NCBI GenBank assembly: GCA_000165345.1
Contig: CM000430.1
Coordinates: 352,001-416,000, forward strand
Length of the DNA stretch: 64,000 nt
Reading direction: 5' to 3'
Under the pieces are notes generated by a model that was not told the origin of the DNA, did no database searches, and worked only from the letters and a program-made list of their open reading frames with translations. Numbering within the stretch: position 1 is the first letter of the stretch; each line of letters begins with the position of its first letter. Position numbers and translations under genes: made by a program. This document shows positions 20,501 through 32,300 of this stretch, piece after piece.

Positions 20501-20690
20501 AGCTGAGTTTTTCGTTGAGCTTTACTGCATAGTTTAAATGAATATCCTCTAACCTTTGTTGAATACCTTTCTGAAACAAAATTTTTATTTTTTTGCTTTT
20601 AAAAGCTATTTCAGTTGAATTTGACCGTCTCTGCTTTTTTAGAGAGGTGTTTTTTTTTTCTGTTTTCAAAGTAAAAGGTTTCTTTTGCAT
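17571..20690 (-). CDS. Rix1-complex component Ipi1/TEX10-like (pre-rRNA processing)
   Basis: N-terminal basic stretch followed by ...NSTEIAFKSKKIKILFQKGIQ, resembling the Ipi1_N signature (TSFKSKSIVLPNQ), in a large HEAT-like protein. Confidence 0.5.
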   Translation of the reverse strand: MQKKPFTLKTEKKNTSLKKQRRSNSTEIAFKSKKIKILFQKGIQQRLEDIHLNYAVKLNEKLSSIFQQNDNIRRISADSLLEITKNYPKIIYENIDRVLNITSSCWIDSDMHVRKTIYAMTLELLKSKSNGVITPFSKIIFMQIKNTLSHIRNEVRIDGLTFLNEYLLIEFGKHREKIITLHYLLGWSPLVCRIAQSANFYNALDSLFIITATIREIINQILIKLKKLNDYEFNGVSNSELRSSISQLYDSLIHISFEIISKREQKLNDQISLCGMNLFKNQKKFKHENNSSIRIKRSLIPNIPTFVLNDREYILSFLTSLILDTIYNINKYGQGFIIQNKELNKICNSVRKIQLELKDDSTSSHSDQSNSSIFHIEKLLLLRIYFLPQFIQRDNSKNDMNKIIQDYIFIQKYFKTRSRNENELLFDINHSELFEFIFLEGVEMMYVSSLNRNVLRKLLTPNKYVTFYSLSMLLDLNDSLSLLNTYEFDTKNIKYNEFFDQELSYILFEFNNKDLLSAKEVFHLLLIHTVNSTTNIVNENGNLTIMALKILMFLPLILSNIGYIQKYYFDQNFSIWSPIEHILVSTNERLNLKSITNPLKNDIILAKYWISNIPKLIFFLYYNAVGEEKECPTSLICNLLLILEDYLMNRMPTQLEDNSLSTNICKSIMPFFINMKQTNIQSIITTLPIYNQKSIISTLPFWPYLPKKFLFSIIDQVLIFMKNGTNLLYSFFIIKTLITQPNHSSLSLEDKISIIATIINSCNCKLSTKFQLFNLLSECFIDLSKSYIFFPKDKEEKYFYQVFLKMWFTPLINYLNQFANSEVELSNISLFFNCVISKTIKMHLIAVPIQMNSTLNALYGFPECIKNQICNYIAFTPKLEMNYFYLEEPNISLIYCTIVSKIKKSNLSVCKIEQIIPLETLKCPILMVLHIWKAYVYFNYKENNLELEKSKTLLLYSIVEYIFEEYITDERGLKNDCLERLLKFSIISILWILSANYCNLFKWVGIDQIIEKTEYFFKKIENSDYIFICKAIKNFIATN

Positions 20691-20900
20691 TTCAACTAAT
20701 TAAATGACAATTGGTAAGATTTGACACAGGAGATTGACCGCCATTTATTGTACAGTTTAAAATGCCCGATTTTAACGGCAGAACGAACATAAATTTTGAG
20801 GATTTAAACTGTGACAGCATAACTTATTATATGGTTAATTAAATTATGGTTAACTAGATAAAGAGTATATTCAGACTACTTGATTTTTAAAAAATTATGG

Positions 20901-21946
<1,046 letters not shown>

Positions 21947-22241
21947 TTATTACTTCAATATGTTAAATTTAAAGATAAATTACAAAAAAGAAAAAAAATG
22001 TTGAGAAGTGGTTATTTTAAAATTGACTTTTCTCCCCATCAAAATTTTTAGACAATACCGGTAATTTGACTTAAATTAATTGTTTAATACGAAAAAACAA
22101 TTTAGGTTAACAATTAAATGATATACGTAGATATAGTATTTAACTCATTCTTTTCTATTATAGTGAATAAACTAAACTTTAATATTTTGGGCTATTATTT
22201 TACTGATTGTTTGCCCTGAAATGGCAAAATTTGATACTAAG

Positions 22242-23229
22242 CTAGTCTGATTTTGAGAGTATTCTATTCCTTAAAGTTTCTATAACTTTTTCATTTGCTG
22301 CAACAAAATATGGATTAATTAGAACTTCTTTATTGTAGGTAAGTGGTTCCCCTAGTTTGAACTGGGTTTCTGATCCAGAAAAAAATGTTTCAAGCTTGTA
22401 AATATCACCGCAAGTTTGCCGTATAATAATATGGCTCGCACAAGTGTCCCATTCCATACAGTCATGAAACCTTGGATAGATATCAGCACGACTTTCAATA
22501 AGTTCAATAAATTTAATCGATGATCCGAATGGAATTTTAATATTGTTTTGGAAGAATTTCTCTGAGAATAAGTCTAAAATGGGGCATTTATAATTATGAG
22601 ATTTTAGTATTCTAATCACTCCATTATTGGGAAATGGTTTATTTGATTTGGGGATAAATTCAAGTGAGGTTTTGCCACAAATTACGTTAGAAGAATTTAA
22701 TGTAGCAATTTTATAAGCTCCTCCTAAATTATTAAACGAAAAAAATGATATTCCAGTATTTGGAATCGATACAACTCCAAGGGTTGGTTTGCCATTTTCA
22801 CAAAGTCCAATATTCACAGTGAATTCACCGTTTCGCCTCAAAAATTCTTTTGTACCATCAAGAGGATCAATGAGCCAACAAATCCTGAAAAAAATTAAAT
22901 TTTTTAGTTTAGTTTACAATAACTTACTTATACTTTTGCCTATTTTCCCAAGTATCAGTTTCCGATTCTTCTGAAATTATTGGTATTTGCGGCCACTTTG
23001 AAGAGAGTTTAGCACAAATGATTTCATTCGCATTTAAATCTGCTGTTGTGACTGGAGAGTTATCTTTATCCTTGTAATTAATTCTTAGTTCCGCATCAAT
23101 ATTTTTGTAAATTTCCATAATAACTTTGCTAGCAAGAAACCCAATTTCGACAACCTCCCTAGCAGAAATGACCACTTTACTGTCTAAATTAGTTTCGTAA
23201 CACAATTTATTAAATTCATCTAAGCTCAT
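22242..23229 (-). CDS. HAL2: 3'(2'),5'-bisphosphate nucleotidase (HAL2/SAL1 family), 2 exons
   Basis: Exons complement(22242..22884, 22928..23229). Intron 22885..22927 (43 nt, GTAAGT...TTTCAG). Splicing gives ...QKYK|ICWLIDPLDGTKEF (W-DP-DGT motif), VTTADLNANEII and WDTCASH motifs. Confidence 0.75.
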
Positions 23230-23294
23230 TTTTAACTATTTAATAAAAGAAAGCGCGATTAAAGAATAATTATAATGAAAGTAAAATGAGTTAA

Positions 23295-24004
23295 TTATTC
23301 CAAAAATAACAAATAAATCATAATAACTATTCCAACAAAAAGTGAAAAGTTAGATATTAACTTATTTCTAAGTTCTTCATCTGAAGAAGCGTAATGATTA
23401 TAATGTATTTGAGTGAAAACTTACTGTTGTCTGATTGTCTGCTATTTGCAAATTCGGGAATGAAGTAACGATGGGTGTAACCCAAGCTCAAAAGAGCACC
23501 TAAAGGATTTGCGAACACCGTTATTAGTGGAGTATTATTAATTCCAAACCCAAAATCTGCATTGTGAAAATATCCATTATGCCCCCCAATATTTTGATTA
23601 CGTTGTCTAGCCTCCGGCCTTTCAGCCTTCGGTCTTGGCTTTGTTTTTTTTCTAGGATCAACATTTTCATTACCTCTACCGTATAATGGAATTACATTCT
23701 CTGAATTAACTCCAGCCTTGCAAACTGGGCAGTCTTCATAACCTCTATCTAGCCAGGAACAAATACAGCTCCAACAATACTGGAATGAGTTAGTTTACAA
23801 TGATGTATATAGTTAAGAACTTACTAGGTGACCACATCTTGTCACGATAGGCTCATATGCATTTTCAAAACAAATATTGCATTCAAAACTAGTATAGTTT
23901 TTTGACTTCTCTTCAGATCTATGATGGTGATCAGACTGTTCTCCGTTCAATCCGCTGCCTTTTGCGTCAATCTCACTATTTGAAATGTTATTTACCTCTC
24001 CCAT
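23295..24004 (-). CDS. RNF5/RMA1-like membrane-anchored RING E3, 3 exons
   Basis: Exons complement(23295..23380, 23425..23779, 23825..24004). Introns 23780..23824 (45 nt) and 23381..23424 (44 nt). RING CNICFENAYEPIVTRCGHL|YCWSCICSWL...CPVCK. The exon-3 tail FSLFVGIVIMIYLLFL is a TM helix. Confidence 0.6.
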
Positions 24005-24261
24005 AAAACCTACAAATTTGTAATAATTAATTGATTGAATTTTCTTACATATTTTCTAATATTAATCTATTAATAATTAAATAGAATGTTTGTGGCGGGT
24101 TGGTACTTGCTCTACTTTGTCACTAAATAAAATAATTCAAAATATAATCTGGTGCATACAGCTTAATAGAGTAAAACTCTCTAACCGATTAATTTTATGC
24201 ATAGTTTTCGTCACGTATATGAACATAGAATAATAATGTAGATGATTATTTAGAAGTTGAG

Positions 24262-24277
24262 TTCCCGCCCACACGTG
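24262..24277. promoter_or_regulatory. TTCCCGCC (E2F-like) + CACGTG (E-box) in the RNF5/NDR divergent promoter
   Basis: GC-rich motif pair in AT-rich DNA. An adjacent low-complexity (TAAATA)n tract lies at 24310-24356. Confidence 0.3.
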
Positions 24278-24706
24278 TCAATTGTTTTGATTTGTTATAT
24301 ATGAAATATTTAAATAAATAAATATAAATATAAATATAAGTATAAATATATATATTCGTTATTGAAGTTGAAATTAGCATTCTATATCCGCATTCCTTTG
24401 TTCAAGGCATGTATTTGTTACTGATGCTTGTATTTTAAATATTCTTTCCTCCATCTTTTCCTTTTTTGTTGAGCAGTATTAATTAAAATCTAATTCTTTA
24501 AAAGTATTAAACTTGTGCACTCGCGTTAAAATTAATTACATTGATAAATCCAATAATACTTTGTATTTATTTTATTGAAATTTTTAAAGATTCTTACATG
24601 TATTGTTTCCAAGTGGACGTACACTTATGTATGCATATTACATAAGCGATATAATATTTGAAGTAGTTTATTATATTGAGAGAAATTTCAAAGTTATACA
24701 ATAGTA

Positions 24707-26337
24707 ATGAACAATAATTCAAAAAGGTAGGTAAATAATTTGCTTAAATATAAAAGATACTTTAAAATAAACATAACAAATATTAATGTTTTTTTTTGGA
24801 TTTTTAACAGGGCTCTAAAGTTAAACCTTCTTGATAACATTGAAAATCTTAAACAAAGCGTGTTGCTGAATAAGGCATCAATAGAGACAAATTATTTGGA
24901 AAGATGCGAGAAAGCAACAAAACATTGCATTACTAAAAATAATCACAAAGATGAGAATGAGGATAACTTAAGGCTGTTGTAAGTTAGGAAGGAGCTTTTA
25001 AAATAAACTTTCATTCAATAATAGGAGAAAAAGAGTTTCAATTAAGGATTTTAAAATTCTAAGCCCAATTGGCGCGGGAGCATTTGGTATAATTAGACTT
25101 GCGGAATGCAGGAACACAGGCAGCATTTATGCGCTAAAGCAAATGAGAAAAAGTATTATCAGAACAAAAAATCAGCTTGAAAGGATATACAATGAGAGAG
25201 CACTCCTGGCTCAAAATGCATCCGACTTTGTTGTAAAGTTATTTTACACATTTCAAGATGATAAACACTTATACCAAGTAATGGAGTATTTGCCTGGAGG
25301 GGACTTGATGTCATATTTAATAAAATATGATAAATTTAGTGAAGAAGACACTAGATTCTACATGGCGCAATTGGTTCATGCCGTTGATTTAGTTCATCAG
25401 TTAGGGTTTGTACACAGAGATGTAAAACCAGATAACATTGTTCTTGATTCTAAGGGGCATCTCAAATTATTAGATTTTGGGCTTTGCAAGTTTTCTCCAC
25501 TAATTGAAGGAGACGAAAATAGAGAATACCAAACAGAAAATCATTTAAGATGTGTCAATTTAAACGCTAAATCACATAAAGATAGTAATAAAGCTTCTGA
25601 AATTTCCTTTAATGAGAACAACGAAAACAAAAGAATTAACAAAGAACTTTATCGAGGATCAAATTTACTAGAAGAAAAGAATTGCCAAAATGAAGATTTA
25701 AATACTTCTCTGAAGCATTTGGACAGAAAGACAATTCATTCTACTGTAGGAACCCCACAGTATATGGCACCAGAAATATTTCTCAGACAAGGGTATACAC
25801 ATCTTGTAGATTGGTGGAGCGTGGGAATACTGATGTATGAATGTCTTTATGGAGGAGTACCATTTAATGATGATACGCATAACCCAATTAAAGTCGCAAT
25901 AAAAGTAATGCAGTGGGAAAAGTTATTATTACTCCCACATCCATGTAGAAAAATTTCGCCCGAAGCACTAGATCTACTAAAAAATTTATTGTGCCATCCT
26001 TCAAAAAGGTTTGATGGTGAACAGATTAAAAAGCATCCTTTTTTCAATGGTAAGTTTATAAATTTCGGTTAGTTTATTGAATTTATAACTTATGATAGAA
26101 ATTGATTGGGATAAATTAAGACAATGCCCTGCTCCATTCAACAAACAGATTAATGAGAATATATATAAAAGCAATGTTACGGCAGCAGAACTAATTGATG
26201 AGTCTCCAAACAACACAAGATATGGTGTTCAGGGTTCTTCACTAGTTGATATAAATTTCTTGGATTATACTTATAGGAATAAAGATCGTAATAATGATCC
26301 TATATCAATAGGAGAGGCCATTAAAATGTGCGGATGA
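24707..26337 (+). CDS. NDR/LATS-family AGC kinase (Cbk1/Orb6-like), 4 exons
   Basis: Exons 24707..24726, 24811..24978, 25025..26049, 26099..26337. EDNLRLL|RRKRVSIKDFKILSPIGAGAFG, HRDVKPDN, DFGLCK with an activation-segment insert, HPFFNG|EIDWDKLRQCPAPF AGC tail. First exon is tentative. Confidence 0.65.
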
Positions 26338-26391
26338 TTTTTAGAACATAGAAAGCTAAAGAAAAAGCAAGTAAATGAGAAAAACTATAAA

Positions 26392-27939
26392 TTAATTATT
26401 TCGTTCTAAATCTAATATAGAATCAGTCTCAAGTATTTCATTTACGCTTGCACCGTTTTGAAGTGTTTCCGAATTGGTTAATGCAATAATTGCTAACAAA
26501 TCAGAATCTGAAGAGGAAAAATCTGAATCAAAATCACTATTTATACCCTTTTCAATATTATTTTTAAAGCTTTTTTTTCTTTTACTTTCTCCTTTTGTTG
26601 GCGAGATTTTGTCTTTATTTTGCAGCGGACTTTGGTTGTAAATGTGTGGTTTGTAATCACCGTTTACCCAATATTCGGAATTATGAATAGGTAGGGGAAC
26701 AGTATAAAAGGGGGAAATCAAATCAGAAAATTGACTCAATGCTTTAGAATGGATATCCCTTGCAGATTCAAGAGTTAAAGGAATTCTTTTTTGCAGCCTA
26801 TACTTTCCCTTTGATATTCCGGATTTCTTTTTGGTACATATTATCCTGAAGCACGAATAGAATCCTAAACTCATCATGCTATCCAATATAAGTGGATCTG
26901 TAAAGCCCTTTCCTCTTAATTTATCTAAAAGCTTTTCTTTTAAAATTTCTAGTTTAATATTTTTCTTTTCTGGAGGTTTGCTACTGTTTTCAGAGTTATT
27001 TCCAGATAAACTATTATTAAAATCAGAATGCGAACACTCATTGGTGTCAGAATCCGACCCTCCCTCTGTTCTATTATCATCTTTTGATAAGTCTTTCCTG
27101 GATTCATGAAAAGTTTCTGAAAAAATATTTTTTACTGAAGCTCCGTTGATGCCAATTTTAAAGGACACATATTTTTTTAACAGTATTTCTAATGCCTTTT
27201 CCGGGTTTATCTTCATTTCCTTTTGATTAACAGCGATTGTTTTCGTAATTCGAATTGCGGACGGTCTCCCGTTTGCTATCGAATAACCAAGTCTTTTTAA
27301 ATTGGTTGGCATTCTACTTCCAATTTTACTTGATCTTGTGGGATCTAAGGGGAACTCCACATTTTCGAAGCAAAATGGGAATGTTGCTTCTGGCTTAGTT
27401 TCTATCATTGCAATAATATCCCAATTCCTGTAAACACCTATGTTGAATAAACTCCATTCAATTTCCGCGAGTCCATTTGAACACTGAGAAATATCTATGC
27501 CTTTCGTCTTCTTCCATTGAACTGCAACAGTAAACAAGCCATGGCTTTTTTCTCCCTTATTTGTATTTAATACGTTACTTTCCTTTGAAAGCCTGCTCAA
27601 TGTACTATTATGTGGAATAATAAGCTGAGACTTTCCATGAAATAAAGTTAATTGAGTATCAAAGTCACTATTTACAAATTCGTTCGAAAAAGCATAGGAA
27701 CAAACTGTGGAAGGATCATTTTTAATGATTGAACTGTAGTCGCATTTTTTACATGAGATAGATGAGCTACAATCCGGTTCCTTTGGTGGCAGGAACGGAG
27801 TAAATACCTGTCCACCTTTACAGAGATTTCTGCAAATTCCAGTACTTACAATATCTTTGCCTTCTCTTAAAAAGGGAGGAAATCCATGAACAATCGTATT
27901 GCTAATGGATAAAAACAAAACAATTAGGATCAATCTCAT
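26392..27939 (-). CDS. secreted hypothetical protein with Cys-containing N-terminal region and Ser/Asp-rich acidic C-terminus
   Basis: Signal peptide MRLILIVLFLSISNTIVHG. The ORF-track start 27945 is a TTG, so the ATG at 27939 is used. Confidence 0.5.
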   Translation of the reverse strand: MRLILIVLFLSISNTIVHGFPPFLREGKDIVSTGICRNLCKGGQVFTPFLPPKEPDCSSSISCKKCDYSSIIKNDPSTVCSYAFSNEFVNSDFDTQLTLFHGKSQLIIPHNSTLSRLSKESNVLNTNKGEKSHGLFTVAVQWKKTKGIDISQCSNGLAEIEWSLFNIGVYRNWDIIAMIETKPEATFPFCFENVEFPLDPTRSSKIGSRMPTNLKRLGYSIANGRPSAIRITKTIAVNQKEMKINPEKALEILLKKYVSFKIGINGASVKNIFSETFHESRKDLSKDDNRTEGGSDSDTNECSHSDFNNSLSGNNSENSSKPPEKKNIKLEILKEKLLDKLRGKGFTDPLILDSMMSLGFYSCFRIICTKKKSGISKGKYRLQKRIPLTLESARDIHSKALSQFSDLISPFYTVPLPIHNSEYWVNGDYKPHIYNQSPLQNKDKISPTKGESKRKKSFKNNIEKGINSDFDSDFSSSDSDLLAIIALTNSETLQNGASVNEILETDSILDLERNN

Positions 27940-28042
27940 TCTCAATTTTGTGCATAAATTTCATGATTTAAAGTATGTTGATTATATTCGAAGTCCTGTA
28001 AAAGAAAGAAGATAGACTACCGACGCAATGAAAAATTGACAA

Positions 28043-28052
28043 GTGGCGCCAC
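28043..28052. promoter_or_regulatory. palindromic GTGGCGCCAC (TGGCGCCA E2F-like box) ~100 bp upstream of the secreted-protein gene
   Basis: Perfect palindrome followed by a second GCGCCAG, in otherwise AT-rich DNA. Confidence 0.35.
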
Positions 28053-28098
28053 TGAAGCGCCAGTTATTTGAAGAGCCTAAAAACTAAATAATCGAAAA

Positions 28099-29079
28099 TC
28101 AGCCCATTCTTAAGATTCCCGCAGCCATCAATTTTTGAATTCCATTAGCAATTGTTGGATCCTGTATAACCTGTGTAAGAGTTGCAGGATTTTGTTTGAG
28201 CTGCTCTAGAACTAGTCTGAACTGAGGATCTGAAAGCAATGATTGTATTTCTGGATCCGCAAGCGCATGAGCTACCTGCTCCTCGTCGATTTGATCAGAT
28301 GAAGATACCTGCTGTATCTTTGCCATTGTGTTTTTTAGCCCTTCATTACACTCTTTATTATCAGGGTCGCATTTTAGCCCCTCTTGATATGCATGAAGCG
28401 CTTTATGATACTCTTTTAAAAAGTAATGAATATTTCCTTTCCTAGACCAAGCTTTAGTAAACTTTGGGTCTAAATCGAGGGCCTTCTGCACATCTATTAG
28501 GGCAGATGGGTACTCTAATAGTTGCATGTAGCACGCTGCTCTGTTGCTATATAATCTGGAGTCGCTTGGATTACGTTTAATGGCCTCGTCATATTCTTTC
28601 TTAGCGGCTGGGTAATTTTTTTGTTTAAATAAATCATTTCCTTCAATGCGATGTTTTTCTGCAAGTTCAGGATTAATGTATGCTTCCTTCTCTGCTTTCT
28701 CAATTAATCTCTCAAGTTCTTTAAGAGAAGTTCTTGTGTGCCTATTATTATCCTCTAACAGACTTTTCTCATACATTTCTTTTGCCTTCTGTAACTCGTT
28801 CATTTTAATGTAGCATGATGCCATCCTATTATATGCCTTAGCGACCTTTGTAAAGTCAGCTTTCACTTCGAATCGTTTTTCCAATGCCTGCATACAGACT
28901 TCTAGACATTTTTGGTATTCACCCATCTCTAGATAGACAGCACCTTTATTGGTTAAAAACGAAATATCGTTAGGATCTATTTCAATCGCCAGATCATATT
29001 GAACCAACGCTTCATCAAATTTCTTTTGCTTATAAAGTTCGTTACCTTTATTTTTGTAGAATTCAGCAGTTTTAGTCAT
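28099..29079 (-). CDS. STI1: Hsp70/Hsp90-organizing protein (HOP/STI1)-like, TPR2A-TPR2B-DP2 only
   Basis: Aligns along its length with the C-terminal half of HOP: TPR repeats, then DPEIQSLLSDPQFRLVLEQLKQNP (DP2/STI1 domain). No TPR1/DP1 coding potential in 29080..29293. Confidence 0.7.
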   Translation of the reverse strand: MTKTAEFYKNKGNELYKQKKFDEALVQYDLAIEIDPNDISFLTNKGAVYLEMGEYQKCLEVCMQALEKRFEVKADFTKVAKAYNRMASCYIKMNELQKAKEMYEKSLLEDNNRHTRTSLKELERLIEKAEKEAYINPELAEKHRIEGNDLFKQKNYPAAKKEYDEAIKRNPSDSRLYSNRAACYMQLLEYPSALIDVQKALDLDPKFTKAWSRKGNIHYFLKEYHKALHAYQEGLKCDPDNKECNEGLKNTMAKIQQVSSSDQIDEEQVAHALADPEIQSLLSDPQFRLVLEQLKQNPATLTQVIQDPTIANGIQKLMAAGILRMG

Positions 29080-29335
29080 TTTTCAAAACAATTTCCTTCC
29101 GATTTGTTTCAACTTAGTAACGTGAAGACAGGGGTATTTGTATAAACCGCAAAAATCGAGAGGATTTAAGCATTCATAATTGTTGAGATATATTAATCGA
29201 TTTCGTGATTAGATATGGTTGAGTATTCGGTACATAAAATTTGCTTTACTTTATATCTAATTTCATTACAGACTTGCCCGGATTCAATGACTCTTGGATA
29301 TTAGACTATCTAAATTTGCAATTAATCATTCGATA

Positions 29336-32300
29336 ATGCATTTTGAAAGCTCAGACAATAAAATTAAAGAACAAATTACTTTTTTGCTTAATAATGAAAA
29401 CACAAATTTCGATTCTTCAAAAGCAGAATTAATAAAGAGCTTAATTTTTTCTTGGAAAATATTTTCAGAGCGTATGGATATAGAGAGTGCGGAACAATTT
29501 ACAAATAGATTTATTAGCCTAATTGGGGAACATGTTTTTTCACAGTATTATACTACAAATGGAAAAATTAAACGCTTCTACACTCATTACGAAAATCCAT
29601 TTATAGTTTACTTGCATGTTTTGTACTTAAAATTTAGTCTAGGGAACTTTTCTGGTCCAATTTCTTGCACAAGCCTATTAAATATCTTGTTTGGTGATTG
29701 CAATACAGAATTTTCAAGGATTTTATATAGAATTCACATTTTTAAGATTCAGAATATGCTTCTTTTGATATCCTCTTATTATTTAAATATTAATTGGGGA
29801 TATATTTACAAATTAATTCCAGGGATATCAAATTTTAACTGTTCTAATGATGCATACTACACTCGAAATATTAAGAATAGAGGCGATGACTCGGCCATAG
29901 GTTTTATCGATTCTAATTTGCCTAGATATAACATTCACTTAAGCTCGTTTTTGGTTTTAAGAGATTGTATTTATATTGTGTTTTCATTAATTTATTATTC
30001 AAAAAGCAGAGATCTTGATGACTTTATAATCGATAATTATTGCGGACTACTAAAGGACATGACTTATCAAAAAACTCTATTATTGACTGGCCCTAAAATT
30101 TCAAACACAAATAATAGACTTACAGGTTCATTTAAATTAAAGGAAAGGTCTTGTATCACCTCAGCAATACCCCTGTTATATGTTTTAATACAATTTATTT
30201 CTAACTCAAATGAAACGGAAACAGTTGTAAATGAAATCATGTCTAGGATAACTAACGAACATATAATTGATTCTGGGCAGTATTTGAAGGATAACAAATT
30301 TTGTAGCGGAAATAATTCAAGAATTGATATTTCAAGTCCACAATTTGTAATTTCTCTGAAACCTTCTTACAAGTTCCCCGATTATAATAAATGTATTGAT
30401 ATTTTACTTAAAGGAGGAGAATTTTTGTTTGTGTATCCAGCACCAAATTTTTTAAATCTTTTAATAAAGAGAATAAGAGGCAATTATACTTTTGATGTAG
30501 GAATAGGTGATTTCAGCAAAAAAAATATGAATGAAAGCAGATTAAGTGCACTATTAGAAGAATTTTTTCCGAAAGTAATGCTTAAACTATCTAAAGATTT
30601 GACACATTTGATCATTGAGGAAATATCAAATGAAACTAAGACTAGAGCTAGAGGCTTATCTACAATTAGTGTTGAGACTTATAAAGAGAAAGGGATTAGA
30701 TCTATCTTTAAAAGAAGACCCAAGAAAAAAAAAATCCCTATTGAAAATATTGTCGCTACAAGCATTGGTTATTCATCAAGGCCAGAATCTATTCCTATGC
30801 CGAGCCCTGGAATGAATATACCTTGTTTTTGCTGTATTCAAAGTGAGTTAGATGGCGCTTCATTATTTTATAGAACACTGAACATCCATACAAATAAAAG
30901 ATGTTTTAAATTACTTTCTGTTAAGACCCAAGATTTATGTGTTAAGCAATGGCATGCTATTATTAGGCAATTCATGGATTTAAAATTTCATCAAGTTCAA
31001 GCAAGTAATCCAATTTCAAAAAACTTAATTAAGATAACTAAAAGTAAGAAATACAATAAAATAGCAAATTGCTTACTTAATTCATGCAAAATAATTGATA
31101 AATGGTATGAAGAGGTTCTTCCAAAATGGGGAACACATTGGAATTGTAATTCAATGCCTGTTTCTATTCATAATTTATCTCTTAGCAGAAATCAAAATAT
31201 TAATAAGAATAGAAACGAATCTGAATATACAAAGCTTTATTTTGGAAAATATTTAAAGAATATTTCTCAGACATTTCAGCCGGATAGCTTCAATTTCTCG
31301 TTTTTTGGATCTCACTGGCTAAATCAAAATAATAGCATGCACATATTTGTGAATAGACCCAGATTAACCGTATTAAAATCATTTCAAAATTTAAAAGGAT
31401 ATTCAATGGAAAATGTTTGTTCTAGTGAGAATGGGAATAGCGTATCAAATTGGATTAATTTTTTGCAGTATAAATTACATAGTTCATATCCTTTGTACAC
31501 ATTTCCAATCATTGATAGAGGAGTAAGATTTGGAGCTCCCAATTCACAACTTTTGAGCGATCTATGGTCCATTGGAATTCCAAATGATATAAGGAATAAA
31601 ATTTGGAAAATAGCTTTGGGAAATGATTTGAAGGTATCAAATGAACTTTTTAATATTTTAAATTTACAAAGCAAATTAAATATAGATAAGAATGATGATA
31701 GTTCAACAAATTCTGTTATTTTTCGCTATGCTCTAGAAATACAGTACATTTTTTATAATAAAAAAAGGAATTCCAACATAGGCAAAAAGTTGTCACCTTA
31801 CATTGAAAGGAAAGTTGAAGTATTAAATTCCTCGGCATCATTTTACTATCCGTACTTTTTTTCACAGAAGTGCGGATTTGCAAGGGAATTTGATTACTCA
31901 ACTTTTAAATATGAAGAAGCCGATATTTCACTCCCGCTGATAAACACAGATGAGTATTTTATTGATATAAATAATGTTTATATTTCGAAAAGAATGATAA
32001 AAACAGATTCATTAGACAATGAACTATTCATTAATAGAAGCAATTTTGAACAGATCAAGAGTTCTGATGATATAAAGTTTATAGATAGTTTAAATTCTGA
32101 ATCAATGCTTGCTTTAGATTTCTCTTCATTAGAAGCATTAAAATTAAATAAGTTTATTCAATACCATGAAGTTTCTAATACTCATAGTAATTCGTTCTTT
32201 CAAGAAAACATGGATTTGTTGAAGAAAAATGATACTGGAAATCCAAGCTCGATCACGATAATTAAGGGGTTACTTGATACAATTGCAGCATTAATATCAC

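Noticed and set aside
24310-24356. (TAAATA)n-like tract as a mobile-element remnant
   Set aside because: Simple low-complexity AT repeat in a promoter region with no terminal repeats or coding capacity.
29080-29293. Upstream exons supplying TPR1/DP1 to the HOP gene
   Set aside because: No open frame with TPR-like residues and no plausible donor/acceptor pair in the 215-bp gap. The gene on the other side is on the opposite strand.
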